A stretch of 64,000 nucleotides of DNA from a bacterium (GCA_026129405.1 JAHCID010000002.1:652333-716332); one strand, 5' to 3'. Positions 1-9,911 are shown, numbered from the stretch's first letter. Notes: generated by a model not told the origin, from the sequence alone. Program-made: numbers and translations.

Positions 1-10
1 CTCCCCACAA

Positions 11-2205
11 GTTGCCGAGTCATCCCCGACGAGGAGGGGACTGAAACGCACGCGGCCGGTGCCGAGCTCGCCCGACACGAGTCCCGGTTGCCGAGTCATC
101 CCCGACGAGGAGGGGACTGAAACTGTTGGCGACGACCGCGGTGTTGAGGTGGAGCTGCGTGTTGCCGAGTCATCCCCGACGAGGAGGGGACTGAAACTCC
201 CCGGCCAGCTCGGAACGCAGGCCTTGGCCACTCTGGTTGCCGAGTCATCCCCGACGAGGAGGGGACTGAAACGCCGGCGCCGTCGCTCGGGTCGTGGCTC
301 GAACGCTCGCGTTGCCGAGTCATCCCCGACGAGGAGGGGACTGAAACGTGCAGCTGTTGCCGATCGCCTCGGCGACGACGGGCGTGTTGCCGAGTCATCC
401 CCGACGAGGAGGGGACTGAAACTTGCGGACGTCGTCCCGGTTGCGCTGCGATATCTGGTTGCCGAGTCATCCCCGACGAGGAGGGGACTGAAACAACCTC
501 TACGGCGCCGACGGGAAGCGCATCAGCATCGAGTTGCCGAGTCATCCCCGACGAGGAGGGGACTGAAACTGTGCGCGCCGATGGCGCCGACCGTCGTCGT
601 GTCCCGGTTGCCGAGTCATCCCCGACGAGGAGGGGACTGAAACGGCGACTCGTCGAGGTACATTTTCAGACGTAGCGCACGTTGCCGAGTCATCCCCGAC
701 GAGGAGGGGACTGAAACATCCAGCGCGACGGCGTCGAGTATGAGTTCGACATCGTTGCCGAGTCATCCCCGACGAGGAGGGGACTGAAACATGCCGAGTC
801 GTTGAGCGCGTGGCTCGAGCGGCTCCAGGGTTGCCGAGTCATCCCCGACGAGGAGGGGACTGAAACAAACGTTCACCCGAACGTTGGACGAACGTATGGG
901 TAAGTTGCCGAGTCATCCCCGACGAGGAGGGGACTGAAACCCTGAGCCTCCCGGACCCCGCTCGCGGCTCTTGACGTTGCCGAGTCATCCCCGACGAGGA
1001 GGGGACTGAAACATCGGGGATCGAGCGGCTCGAACGGGCACACGCTCACGTTGCCGAGTCATCCCCGACGAGGAGGGGACTGAAACAGAACGCCGGCGCG
1101 AGTCCGGGCTCGTACGTCGCGATGTTGCCGAGTCATCCCCGACGAGGAGGGGACTGAAACACACAGAGCGCGTCCGCTAGGTGGATGACGGGCCGCGGGT
1201 TGCCGAGTCATCCCCGACGAGGAGGGGACTGAAACGGGGCACGCTGCCGACGCCCGTCGCGAACGTGAACGTCGTTGCCGAGTCATCCCCGACGAGGAGG
1301 GGACTGAAACATTGCGGCGGTGATGGGCTCCGTCGCCGCCGTGACGGGTTGCCGAGTCATCCCCGACGAGGAGGGGACTGAAACGAAGCGTGAGCACGAC
1401 GTCGGCGATCAGGAGCACCAGCGTTGCCGAGTCATCCCCGACGAGGAGGGGACTGAAACTAAAAGCTGGTCTGCAGCGCGCGATCCAGCACGACCGCGTT
1501 GCCGAGTCATCCCCGACGAGGAGGGGACTGAAACAGGACCGCGGCCCCGCCACCGCCGATGACGGCGAAGGGTTGCCGAGTCATCCCCGACGAGGAGGGG
1601 ACTGAAACACGACAGCGGTGCCGCGGCCCAGGTCCGGGGCTTCGCGTTGCCGAGTCATCCCCGACGAGGAGGGGACTGAAACGCTTCGCAGCGCACCCGC
1701 GCCGCCGGGGTCGCGCTCGGGTTGCCGAGTCATCCCCGACGAGGAGGGGACTGAAACGCGGTAGCGATCCGGCTATGCATATAGTCGCCCTCCTGTTGCC
1801 GAGTCATCCCCGACGAGGAGGGGACTGAAACACAGCTCACATACGGGCGCGCGGTGTGAGTCGCCTCAGTTGCCGAGTCATCCCCGACGAGGAGGGGACT
1901 GAAACCCGCAGCCGCCGCGGGCGGCCGGTGCGCCACAATTCTGTTGCCGAGTCATCCCCGACGAGGAGGGGACTGAAACCGGAATTGCATCCGACGATGA
2001 AACCCGTGGCACTGGTGTTGCCGAGTCATCCCCGACGAGGAGGGGACTGAAACACGTCGACCACCCTCCCGACGAGCGGCTACGTCCCCGACGTTGCCGA
2101 GTCATCCCCGACGAGGAGGGGACTGAAACCTGATGCGCTCCGCCGCGGGGCCACGCAGATCCGTGAAGGTTGCCGAGTCATCCCCGACGAGGAGGGACTG
2201 GAAGG
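11..2205 (+). CRISPR. CRISPR array, 30 repeats (29 full + 1 degenerate terminal) of 37 nt GTTGCCGAGTCATCCCCGACGAGGAGGGGACTGAAAC, 29 spacers of 34-39 nt; the array continues upstream of the window (bases 1-10 are the tail of an earlier spacer)
   Basis: Repeat starts read directly at 11, 87, 161, 236, 311, 386, 458, 533, 607, 681, 754, 830, 905, 976, 1050, 1124, 1199, 1274, 1348, 1423, 1498, 1572, 1646, 1721, 1795, 1869, 1943, 2017, 2093 and 2169, period 72-76 nt. The last copy (2169-2205) is degenerate (…GAGGAGGG-ACTGGAAG). Spacers are all unique and high-GC. The repeat contains an imperfect stem TCATCCCC/GGGGA(C)TGA. Its 3' end GACTGAAAC would give an 8-nt ACTGAAAC 5' handle like Cas6-processed type I/III crRNAs, which sets the + strand as the transcribed strand with the leader upstream. 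Confidence 0.95.
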
Positions 2206-2269
2206 CAACCGTCGCGACGGCGGCTGCTTGAGGAAGCGAACTCGAACCCGAGAAGCAGGACGGTGGGGT

Positions 2270-2641
2270 TCACCGGTACCGCGTTGCCTCCGGCAGCGCC
2301 TCCTCGACCGGCCGGACCTCGATCGCGCCGAAGCGCGCCGACGGCCAGTCGGCCGCCAGGGCCAGTGCTTCCTCGCGGTCGCGGGCCTCGATCAGGAAGA
2401 AGCCGCCGACGATCTCCTTCGCCTCGGCGAAGGGGCCGTCGGTGACGAGACGTTTGCCGTCGCGGCGGCGCACCGTCGCTGCGGTGCCGGCGCGCTGGAG
2501 TGCGTAGGTGGTGAGGAGGTGGCCGCCGGCGCGGAGCCGGTCGACGTAGGCGATCGTCTCGCGGCGCAGCGCGTCCCACTCGCTCTGCGACAGGACGTCG
2601 AGCTGCGACTCCTCCTCGTATGCCAGGCACATGAACTTCAC
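2270..2641 (-). CDS. YciI-like (YCII-related domain) small protein
   Basis: C-terminal ~123 aa of the 501-aa ORF 2270..3775 reads VKFMCLAYEEESQ…TDGPFAEAKE…GGFFLIEARDREEALALA, typical of the YciI family. GTG start 2641-2639 with a GGAGGAGG SD 7 nt upstream; ATG 2632-2630 is an alternative. The N-terminal extension of the long ORF is Arg-rich antisense junk. Confidence 0.7.
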   Translation of the reverse strand: MKFMCLAYEEESQLDVLSQSEWDALRRETIAYVDRLRAGGHLLTTYALQRAGTAATVRRRDGKRLVTDGPFAEAKEIVGGFFLIEARDREEALALAADWPSARFGAIEVRPVEEALPEATRYR

Positions 2642-2694
2642 GGACGGTCCTCCTCCAGGCGACCCGCGCGGCGGTCCGGGGTAGGATCGCGTGC

Positions 2695-3917
2695 GTGGCG
2701 GGATTCGACGAGGCGCTCCAGGCGCTCTACCGCGCCTCCCTGGCAGACTTCGTCGCTCAGCGGAAGGAGGGTGTCGCCGCCCTGCGCGGTGCGGGCGACG
2801 CGGCCGGCGCGGCGGAGCTGGCGGCACGGCGTCGGCCGACGCTGTCGGCGTGGGCGGTGAACCAGCTCTACTGGCAGGCGCGGCCGGCGTTCCACGCGCT
2901 GCTGTCGGCCGCCGAGCGCATGCGCGGCGGCGACCTCGCGGCGGCGGCGGCGCATCGTCAGGCGATGGCGACGCTGCGCAAACGCGCCGCGGGCCTGCTC
3001 GGCGAGAGCGGCCATGCCGCCAACGAGGCGACGCTGCGCCGTGTGACCACGACGCTCGCGGCGCTGGCGGCGCGCGGCGGCTTCGCGCCCGACCTGCCGG
3101 GCACGCTCGCCGAGGATCGCGATCCGCCCGGCTTCGAGGCGATGGTGGGGGCGGTTGCGCCGGCCCGCCCGGCACGCTCGCGCCCGGCGAACTTCGTCGC
3201 TCAGCGGAAGGAGGGTGTCGCCGCCCTGCGGTGCGCGACGCGGCCGGCCGGAGCTGGCGGCACGGCGACGTCGGCCGACGCTGTCGGCGTGGGCGGTGAA
3301 CCAGCTCTACTGGCAGGCGCGGCCGGCGTTCCACGCGCTGCTGTCGGCCGCCGAGCGCATGCGCGGCGACCTCGCGGCGGCGGCGGCGCATCGTCAGGCG
3401 ATGGCGACGCTGCGCAAACGCGCCGCGGGCCTGCTCGGCGAGGCGGCCATGCCGCCAACAGGCGACGCTGCGCCGTGTGACCACGACGCTCGCGGCGCTG
3501 GCGGCGCGCGGCGGCTTCGCGCCCGGCCTGCCGGGCACGCTCGCCGAGGATCGCGATCCGCCCGGCTTCGAGGCGATGGTGGGGGCGGTTGCGCCGGCCC
3601 GCCCGGCACGCTCGCGCCCGGCGGCGAAGAAGGCCGGCGGCGATCGAGCGCGCCGCGCGCGGATGCGGGCCGACGCTGCAGCCCGCGCGGCCGCGGAGGC
3701 CGAGCGCCGGCGGCGTGAGGCCGAGCGTGCGCGGCGTGCCGCCGAACGCCAACGTCTCGAGACGCGGCTGCGCACCGCGCGGCTCGACGCCGACCGGCGC
3801 GGCGAGCGGATCGCCGCGCTCCGTAAGGAGCTGCGTCTCGCCGAGGAGGCCGCGGCGCGGACGCGCGCGAGCGTCGCGGAGCTCGAGCGCGCCCTCGCGG
3901 CGGTGGACGACGCTTAG
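2695..3917 (+). pseudogene. Ala/Arg-rich coiled-coil hypothetical protein gene disrupted (frame-broken) by the internal tandem duplication
   Basis: The N-terminal part is frame 2695..3480 (GTG start 2695, MAGFDEALQALYRASLADFVAQRK…). The C-terminal part is frame 3477..3917 (…AAKKAGGDRARRAR…ERQRLETRLRTARLDADRRGERIAALRKELRLAEEAAARTRASVAELERALAAVDDA). The two frames differ by 2 nt and copy 2 of the duplication carries the indels. Either a genuine pseudogene or a repeat mis-assembly. Confidence 0.5.
2745..3623. repeat. Imperfect tandem duplication, copy 1 2745-3190 (446 bp), copy 2 3191-3623 (~433 bp, several 1-5 nt deletions and substitutions relative to copy 1)
   Basis: Both copies start ACTTCGTCGCTCAGCGGAAGGAGGGTGTCGCCGCCCTGCG and end …GGCACGCTCGCGCCCGGCG; aligned by eye along their full length. 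The ORF track shows the duplicated peptide DFVAQRKEGVAAL…AWAVNQLYWQARPAFHALLSAAERMRG…AMATLRKRAAGLLGE in three different ORFs/frames. Confidence 0.85.
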
Positions 3918-4567
3918 GCCGCCTGCGTGAAGTCCCCCATCTGGTCGGCGAGCGCCTTCGTGAACGCCGGGCGGCGCACGCAGCGCTCGAGGTAGCGCGT
4001 CAGGACGGGCTGCTCCGCGACGAGGTCGGTGTGGCGCAGGATGCGCAGCACCGTCGCCATGAGAACGTCGGCCGCCGAGAACGCGCCGGCGAGGTGCTCG
4101 CGGCCGCCGAGCGCGGCGGCGAGCTCCGCCAGGCGCCGGCGGACCGCGTCGACGACCGCCGGCCGCCGGGCCTGCGCCCAGGCTTCGTCGGCATGGAAGA
4201 GGTCGATGCCGGCCAGCTCCTGGATCGGGTTCTCCATCGTGTCGATGGCCGCGAACATCCACTGCGTCACGCGCGCGCGTCCGGCGGCGTCGCGCGGCAG
4301 CAGCCGCTCGCAGCGCTCGGCCAGGTACAGGACGATGGCGCCCGACTCGAATAGCCGCAGCTCGCCGTCGCGGAGCGCGGGAATCTGTCCGAAGGGCTGG
4401 ACCTCGCGGTACGTGCTGCGGGGCATGGCGTCGCCGCCGTCGTCGATGTCGACGTGGACGATGCGGTAGGGCAGGGCGGCCTCCTCGAGCGCCCAGCGCA
4501 CGCGCAGGTCGCGTACGAGCCCCTGGGCGAACGGGGGAACCATCCGGAAGGCGTAGCACTCGATCAT
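3914..4567 (-). CDS. glutathione S-transferase family protein
   Basis: 217 aa with a thioredoxin-like N-terminal domain (RVRWALEEAALPYRIVHVD…FGQIPALRDGELRLFESGAIVLYLAER) and an alpha-helical C-terminal GST domain; typical GST architecture and length. Confidence 0.8.
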   Translation of the reverse strand: MIECYAFRMVPPFAQGLVRDLRVRWALEEAALPYRIVHVDIDDGGDAMPRSTYREVQPFGQIPALRDGELRLFESGAIVLYLAERCERLLPRDAAGRARVTQWMFAAIDTMENPIQELAGIDLFHADEAWAQARRPAVVDAVRRRLAELAAALGGREHLAGAFSAADVLMATVLRILRHTDLVAEQPVLTRYLERCVRRPAFTKALADQMGDFTQAA

Positions 4568-4616
4568 GTGTCCTCCTGCCTCCTCGTCGAACGAGCGGGG
4601 CCCGGATCGACAGGCG

Positions 4617-5816
4617 CTACGTGCCGAGACGGCGCAGCCGCGGGCTCGCGAAGACGAAGGCCAGCGTCGCCACCATGATCGCCGCGTTCAGCAGGTAGGG
4701 CGCGTGCGGGTCGAGCTCGTAGAGCGCGGTGCCGAGGACCGGCCCGAGGACGTTGCCGAGCACCGTGAGCCCGCCGAGGAGGCCGGCGACGGCGCCCTGC
4801 TCGTCGGCGTCGACGGCGAGCGACGCTCCCGCGGCGCTGCCCGGACGGACGAGGCCCACGCCGGCGCCCAGCGCAGCGAGCGCGAGGAGGAACGCCGGCA
4901 GGCCGTCGGCGAAGCAGAGCAGGCCGAACGCGACCAGCATGAGCGGCGTGCCGGCGCGCAGCATCTGGCGCGGCGTCGGCTGCAGGCGCTGGATCAGCAC
5001 GAGCTGCGACACGAGCCCCGCGGCGGCGAGCGCCACGAATCCCAGGCCGGCGCGCTGGGCGGCCTCGGTCGCGGTCAGGCCGAGGACGTCCTGGAGGAAG
5101 AGCGCGAAGGTGATGACGGTGGTGGCGCGCACTGCTTGGAGGGCGGCCGTCACGAGGAGGAACGGCGTCACACGGCGGTCGGTCCAGCGGATGTGCCGCG
5201 GCGCCTCGCCGTGTTTGCGGACGGGGCCTTCCTCGGGAAGCCACCGCCAGATGACGGCGGCGCTCAGGGCCGAGAGGCCGGCGGTGAAGAAGAGCGGCGC
5301 GGTGAGCGCCAGCGTCGCCAGCACCGCGCCGACGGCCGGGCCGACCGTCTCGCCGAAGCCGACGGCGGCGCTGACGAAGGCGACGCCGCGCGCCCGCTCG
5401 CTCGCCGACGTGCGATCGGCGACGTACGCCTGCGACGCGGGTCCGGTGCCCGAGCCGACCAGCGCGAACACGCAGCGCGACGCGATCAGCAGCGGCCACA
5501 CCAGTGGCGGCGGCAGCAGACCGGCGCCGCCGAGCGCGATCGTCGCACCGAGGAGCCCCATCGAGAGGCCGAACCCGAGGAGCCCGATCAGCACGACGGG
5601 CCGCCGTCCCCACACGTCGCTCTGCCGCCCCCACCACGGGCTGACGAAGATCCAGAACGTGGCCGAGGTCGCGAAGATGATCGAGATCTGGACCGGCGAG
5701 ATGCCGAGCTCGCGTGCCGCCGGCGGCAGGATCGCGAACAGCATCGACTGTCCGAGCCCGATGCAGACGAGGCAGACGAAGAGGATGCGGAAGCCGCGCG
5801 GGCGCCGCGCCGTCAC
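4617..5816 (-). CDS. MFS transporter
   Basis: 399 aa with 12 predicted hydrophobic segments and the MFS motif region …SDVWGRRPVVLIGLLGF… between TM2 and TM3. Confidence 0.8.
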   Translation of the reverse strand: MTARRPRGFRILFVCLVCIGLGQSMLFAILPPAARELGISPVQISIIFATSATFWIFVSPWWGRQSDVWGRRPVVLIGLLGFGLSMGLLGATIALGGAGLLPPPLVWPLLIASRCVFALVGSGTGPASQAYVADRTSASERARGVAFVSAAVGFGETVGPAVGAVLATLALTAPLFFTAGLSALSAAVIWRWLPEEGPVRKHGEAPRHIRWTDRRVTPFLLVTAALQAVRATTVITFALFLQDVLGLTATEAAQRAGLGFVALAAAGLVSQLVLIQRLQPTPRQMLRAGTPLMLVAFGLLCFADGLPAFLLALAALGAGVGLVRPGSAAGASLAVDADEQGAVAGLLGGLTVLGNVLGPVLGTALYELDPHAPYLLNAAIMVATLAFVFASPRLRRLGT

Positions 5817-5941
5817 CCGCGCCGCGCCGGCCCGGGGGGCGTCACGCGCGAGACGCGGCGAGCGGTCCGAGGCACGCGGCCACCTTCCGTGCGCGCCGGC
5901 CGTGGGTCAACGGGCGGCGCCGCGCGGCCGGCGCCGGCGGG

Positions 5942-7069
5942 TTACGGGGCCTTCGCCACGAGCCGCCGGCCGTCGGCCTTCGTCACCGTGCCCAGCGTCG
6001 CCTCGAAGCATGCGGCGTCGCCGGTCACGATCTGCACCCGTACGCGGGTCGCGCCCTGGAGCGCGGCGGCCGTGCCCGTCGGCATGGCCGTCCGACCCTT
6101 GCGGGCGGCGTTGCCCGCCTGCATCTGGAGCGTGCCCTTGCCGGCGGCGCCGGCGGCGGCCGTGATCGCCTTCACGCCGTCGGCCGCGGCGGACGGGTCG
6201 GCATAGCGCCAGCCCGTCGTCTTCTTCGCCTTCCAGCAGGGCTTCTGCTTCGGGCCGCAGGCGGCGCCTGCGCGCGGCACCACGAGGGCGCCGGCGAGCC
6301 GGTCGCCGGCGTCGTAGATGCAGGCCGCGTAGCGGGTCGTGCCGGCGACCGGATCGCCGAAGTCGGCGCGCGTGGTCGCGGCGGTGAAGGCACGCAGCCG
6401 GAGCGCCGTCTTCTCCTTGCCGGCCTTGCGGGCGTCGACGGCCAGCTTCGCTTTGGCGGCACTGCGGCAGCCGCCGATCGGCGCCGCCGCGCACGGTGCC
6501 GGATCGGGCGGATCCGGCGGGTCGGGCGGATCCGGCGGATCCGGCGGAGTGTATGGCGTGAACTCGATGAGCTTGCCGGCGATGCCCGGGTTGCCCTGCG
6601 TTCGCCATTCGACGCGGCGAAGCACGCCGGTGACGGCCATCGTGACGTCGCCGCCGGCGGCGTTGTCGACCACGGACTGATCGACGACCATGCCGTTGGC
6701 GTCGAGCGCGACGAGCGTCGCCGACTCGCCGGCCTCGAAGTACACGTCGAGCTGGAAGTGCTGGACGTCGCTCGGGGTCGCCGTGCCGGGCTCGACGAAG
6801 TCGAAGATCGCGACCGCGCCGAAGACGTCCGGGCTGAAGAAGAGGTGCTTCAGGCCGGTGCCGAAGTCGTGCGCGATGGCGTCGATCGGGTCGCCGTCGG
6901 CGGTGCGTGCGGAGAAGAGGATGCCGAGCGAGCGCCACTGATCGGTCAGCACCGTCCCGTTCGGCACCGGTCCACCGCCGTTCGGAAGCTGGGCGAGGTC
7001 GACGGACACGGCCCAGGCCGGAGCGGCGAGCAGCAGGGACAACAGACCGGCGAGCGTGCGTCCCCGCAT
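5942..7069 (-). CDS. secreted hypothetical protein with a (PD)5 linker and a Cys-containing C-terminal domain
   Basis: Start at MRGRTLAGLLSLLLAAPAWA (signal peptide; ATG 7069-7067) rather than the upstream ORF start. Internal PPDPPDPPDPPDPPDP linker is encoded by the GGATCCGGCGG tandem repeat at ~6488-6545. Confidence 0.6.
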   Translation of the reverse strand: MRGRTLAGLLSLLLAAPAWAVSVDLAQLPNGGGPVPNGTVLTDQWRSLGILFSARTADGDPIDAIAHDFGTGLKHLFFSPDVFGAVAIFDFVEPGTATPSDVQHFQLDVYFEAGESATLVALDANGMVVDQSVVDNAAGGDVTMAVTGVLRRVEWRTQGNPGIAGKLIEFTPYTPPDPPDPPDPPDPPDPAPCAAAPIGGCRSAAKAKLAVDARKAGKEKTALRLRAFTAATTRADFGDPVAGTTRYAACIYDAGDRLAGALVVPRAGAACGPKQKPCWKAKKTTGWRYADPSAAADGVKAITAAAGAAGKGTLQMQAGNAARKGRTAMPTGTAAALQGATRVRVQIVTGDAACFEATLGTVTKADGRRLVAKAP

Positions 7070-7154
7070 GGTGCGGATGGTGCCTGCGCCACGGGGCTGC
7101 CGTCCACCCGTGCGCGTACGTGGATTCACGTATGCGCGGCGGCGAGCAGATGCC

Positions 7155-7538
7155 TTACGGCTTGGGAAGCTTGCAGGTTCCGTTCTCGACCAGCTCGCGC
7201 GCGTACTTCTCGACCTGCCCGTCGTCGTGCTCGTAGTCGTTGCGGCTGAACTTCTCGGCCATCTTTCGCACCGTGCACTCGCAGAGCTTGCCGAAGGCCT
7301 TGATCTGGGGCGCCAGCTGCTCGCGGATCTCGGGCGTCAGCGCGAGCGTCTCGTCGAGCTTCTGCTCGCGCTTCGTGTTCTTCCAGGCGCCGTCGACGAG
7401 GGCGTCGGTGCAGGCGACGTTCGCTTCCTTCACGGCCTCGGGCGTCCAGCCCTCGGCGAGCTTCTTGTCGGCCGCGGCGGCCGTGGAGGCGAGGAGGGAG
7501 GCGACGAGGAAGGCGATGACCCGCATGGTCCGCGCCAC
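7155..7538 (-). CDS. small secreted hypothetical protein (127 aa, signal peptide, 4 Cys)
   Basis: MARTMRVIAFLVASLLASTAAAADKK… signal peptide; codon usage consistent with the neighbouring genes. Confidence 0.55.
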   Translation of the reverse strand: MARTMRVIAFLVASLLASTAAAADKKLAEGWTPEAVKEANVACTDALVDGAWKNTKREQKLDETLALTPEIREQLAPQIKAFGKLCECTVRKMAEKFSRNDYEHDDGQVEKYARELVENGTCKLPKP

Positions 7539-7576
7539 CTAGCACAGGCGACGAGCGGGCGTCGCCCCTCGCGGCG

Positions 7577-9295
7577 TCACGATCGTCCCGTCGCCCGGGC
7601 GAGCACGTCGCGGAGGACCGCCGCGGCGTCCACGGCCGCGCCGCGGGCACGCCACGCGACGTGGCCGTCGGGGCGGACGAGGACGGCACCGTCCGGATCG
7701 ACGCCGTAGAGCGCGCACCAATCGGCGGGCGCGCCGTCGTCGAGCTGGACGTCGCCGCCCACCCGGTGGACGGCGAGGGGAAGGCGCACGTCGCGGGCGG
7801 CGGCCGCCCGGTGCCAGCCGGTGGCGTCGGGACCGGTGAGCAGCACGAAGCGCGAGCCGAACAGGTCGAGCAGCGAGCCCAGGACGCCGTCGCGCCGGAT
7901 CCAGGCGTGCGGGGCGAGGCTGCCCGGCCGCGCCGTCGGCACGTAGTCGATCACGGTGCTCGGCGTGCCGTCGTCGGAGCCGTCGGGGGCGATCGCCGCC
8001 GACGCATAGGCGAAGCCCTTCGCCTGCCCCTGGGCGCTGAAGTGCTCGCGCGTGCTCTCGATGCCCGCCGCGATCATGGCGCGCACCGCGGCGCCCTCCG
8101 GCGTGTCCTGCTCGATCAGGGCGAGCGGCTCGGCGGCGCGCTCCGCGGGCGTGCCGGGGCTCGGCATGGCGCGCGTGTTCTTGAAGCTCTGATCGGCGTT
8201 GAACTGGCCGACGGGGCGGCGCTCGCTCTCGTAGGTGTCGAGCAGCGCCTCGGGCGCCCAGCCTTGGAGCACGCCGGCGAGCTTCCAGGCGAGGTTGTGC
8301 GCGTCCTGGACCCCGGTGTTCATGCCGAAGCCGCCGGTGGGCGGGAAGCGATGGGCGGCGTCGCCGAGGAGGAAGCAGCGGCCGTCGCGGTACCGCTCCG
8401 CGACCTGCGAGCGCATGATCCAGGGGTCGATCGAGCGCACGTCGACCGGCAGGTCGGGCACGCCGACGGCGCGGCGCACGAGCGCCGCGCAGTGCGCGGG
8501 CGTGAAGCGCGCGACGGTCTCGTCCGGGCCGAGCTGGAAGGGCGTGTCGAAGAGCCAGCGCGTGGCGCCGTCGAGCGCGATGAAGACGCCGGCGACGTCC
8601 GCGTTGAGGATCCAGTAGAGCGGGCCCTCGCGGCCGGCCAGGTAGGGCGTGAGGTCGGCGTGGACGTAGGCGTTCAGGATGCGGCCGATGTCGTCCGGAC
8701 CGACCATGGCGACGCCGAGCCGCTCGCGCACCGGGCTGGCGGCGCCGTCGCAGGCGAGGAGCCAGCGCGCGCGGACGGTCTGCTCGCGGCCGTCGGAGAG
8801 CCGGCGGATCGTGGCGTCGACGCCGCCCGCGTCCTGGGCGAAGGTCACGAGCCGGGTGTGGTAGCGGACGTCGGCGAGCGGAAACCCCTCGGCCGTGCGG
8901 CGGAGGATGGGCTCGTAGACGTCCTGCGGGCAGATGCCCGTGACCGCGGGGCTCTGGCGGCCGAGGTTGCGCACCATCGTGCGCGCGTCCTCGCCGGGCT
9001 TCGGCGCCATCAGGTCGAGGCGACCCAGCTCCCACCCCGTGAGCGTCGTGGCCCAGACCACGTAGCGCGAGCGCTCGGCCGGCAGGCCGCCGCGACGCAC
9101 CTCGGCGTCGACGCCCCACTCGCGGAACAGCTCCCAGGTGCGCGTGTTCACCACCGTGGCGCGCGGGTGGCTCGTCGTCGTCTCGTGCTGCTCGACGAGC
9201 AGCGACGGCACGCCGAGACGCGAGAGACAGATCGACGCGGCGAGACCGACGGGGCCGCCGCCGACGATGAGGACGGGCGTCGTCAGGTCGGCCAT
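7577..9295 (-). CDS. FAD-dependent aromatic-ring hydroxylase (class A flavoprotein monooxygenase, PheA/TfdB-like) with a C-terminal thioredoxin-like domain
   Basis: N-terminal GxGxxG (VLIVGGGPVGLAAS), DG motif (LLACDGAASPVR), GD motif (CFLLGDAAHRFPPTGGFGMNTGVQDAHNLAWKL); 572 aa. Confidence 0.85.
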   Translation of the reverse strand: MADLTTPVLIVGGGPVGLAASICLSRLGVPSLLVEQHETTTSHPRATVVNTRTWELFREWGVDAEVRRGGLPAERSRYVVWATTLTGWELGRLDLMAPKPGEDARTMVRNLGRQSPAVTGICPQDVYEPILRRTAEGFPLADVRYHTRLVTFAQDAGGVDATIRRLSDGREQTVRARWLLACDGAASPVRERLGVAMVGPDDIGRILNAYVHADLTPYLAGREGPLYWILNADVAGVFIALDGATRWLFDTPFQLGPDETVARFTPAHCAALVRRAVGVPDLPVDVRSIDPWIMRSQVAERYRDGRCFLLGDAAHRFPPTGGFGMNTGVQDAHNLAWKLAGVLQGWAPEALLDTYESERRPVGQFNADQSFKNTRAMPSPGTPAERAAEPLALIEQDTPEGAAVRAMIAAGIESTREHFSAQGQAKGFAYASAAIAPDGSDDGTPSTVIDYVPTARPGSLAPHAWIRRDGVLGSLLDLFGSRFVLLTGPDATGWHRAAAARDVRLPLAVHRVGGDVQLDDGAPADWCALYGVDPDGAVLVRPDGHVAWRARGAAVDAAAVLRDVLARATGRS

Positions 9296-9296
9296 G

Positions 9297-9845
9297 TCAG
9301 CCCGGAGGCGGTGCGGAGCCCTGCTTGATCAGCTCCGCGAGCGGATCGCCGCGGTCGAAGCGCGCCGCGAGCACGTCGGGATCGAAGCTGACGCCGATGG
9401 GGTTCTGCCGGAAGGCGTCGCTCCGTACCCAGGCCATGAGCGCCGCCTCGTCGGGGAAGTTGTCGATCTGGAGCTCGACCTGCACGCCGTTCGGGTCGCG
9501 ATAGTAGAGCGACGTCGTCGGGCCGTGGTTGATGCACCAGTGGGGCAGGATGCCGGCGTCCTTCAGGCGGCGATAGGTATGGAGGAGGTCCGCCAGCGTC
9601 GCGAACGTGAAGGCGATGTGGTCGACGCCGGCGGCGGTGGGCGACCCGTCCTCGAGCCAGGGCACGTTCGCGACCGCGATGCGGTGGTGCTCGTCGTCGT
9701 AGGTGAGGAACGTCAGCTGCTCGTTGGCGAACACGACGCGCGCACCGACCACCTGCCGATACCAGTCGACGGTCTCCGGGTAGTGCTTCGAGCGCAGCAC
9801 GAAGTGCGCGAGCTTCGTGGGCACGCGGACGTCGGGGGTCGTCAT
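9297..9845 (-). CDS. VOC family (glyoxalase/extradiol dioxygenase-like) protein
   Basis: 182 aa with βαβββ VOC modules (HFVLRS…, VDHIAFTF…). Its stop TGA lies 1 nt from the monooxygenase ATG (TGAcATG), so the two are likely co-transcribed. Confidence 0.7.
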   Translation of the reverse strand: MTTPDVRVPTKLAHFVLRSKHYPETVDWYRQVVGARVVFANEQLTFLTYDDEHHRIAVANVPWLEDGSPTAAGVDHIAFTFATLADLLHTYRRLKDAGILPHWCINHGPTTSLYYRDPNGVQVELQIDNFPDEAALMAWVRSDAFRQNPIGVSFDPDVLAARFDRGDPLAELIKQGSAPPPG

Positions 9846-9911
9846 GCCGGGTCTCCTTCGGGTTCGGGTTCGTCGATGACGCGGTTCGCGACGCGGCCCA
9901 GGGCGGGGCTC

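Noticed and set aside
59-2105. ORFs 59..640, 96..545, 542..766, 1059..1553, 1181..1381, 1320..1562, 1390..1605, 1559..1828 and others with repeating VAESSPTRRGLK / CRVIPDEEGTE / VSVPSSSGMTRQ peptides
   Set aside because: They are translations of the CRISPR repeat in different frames and strands, not genes.
2221-2262. tRNA T-arm-like GGGTTCGAG on the minus strand just after the CRISPR trailer
   Set aside because: No acceptor or anticodon stems could be built around it. The neighbouring CGAGTTCG is merely a short palindrome.
2270-3775. 501-aa minus-strand ORF, plus ORFs 3201..4559 and 2691..3299
   Set aside because: Only the last ~123 codons (YciI-like) are protein-like. The rest is Arg/Pro/Ala-rich antisense of the duplicated gene, typical open frames in 70% GC DNA.
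4566-6206. 546-aa + strand ORF, plus 4729..6165, 5714..7249 and 5907..6938
   Set aside because: Antisense or out-of-frame to the MFS transporter and secreted-protein genes; extreme Arg/Ala/Gly composition with no domain signatures.
7539-9328. ORFs 7539..9119 (-) and 7661..9328 (+) overlapping the flavin monooxygenase
   Set aside because: Same locus, wrong frame or strand. The frame 7577..9295 carries the GxGxxG/DG/GD motifs.
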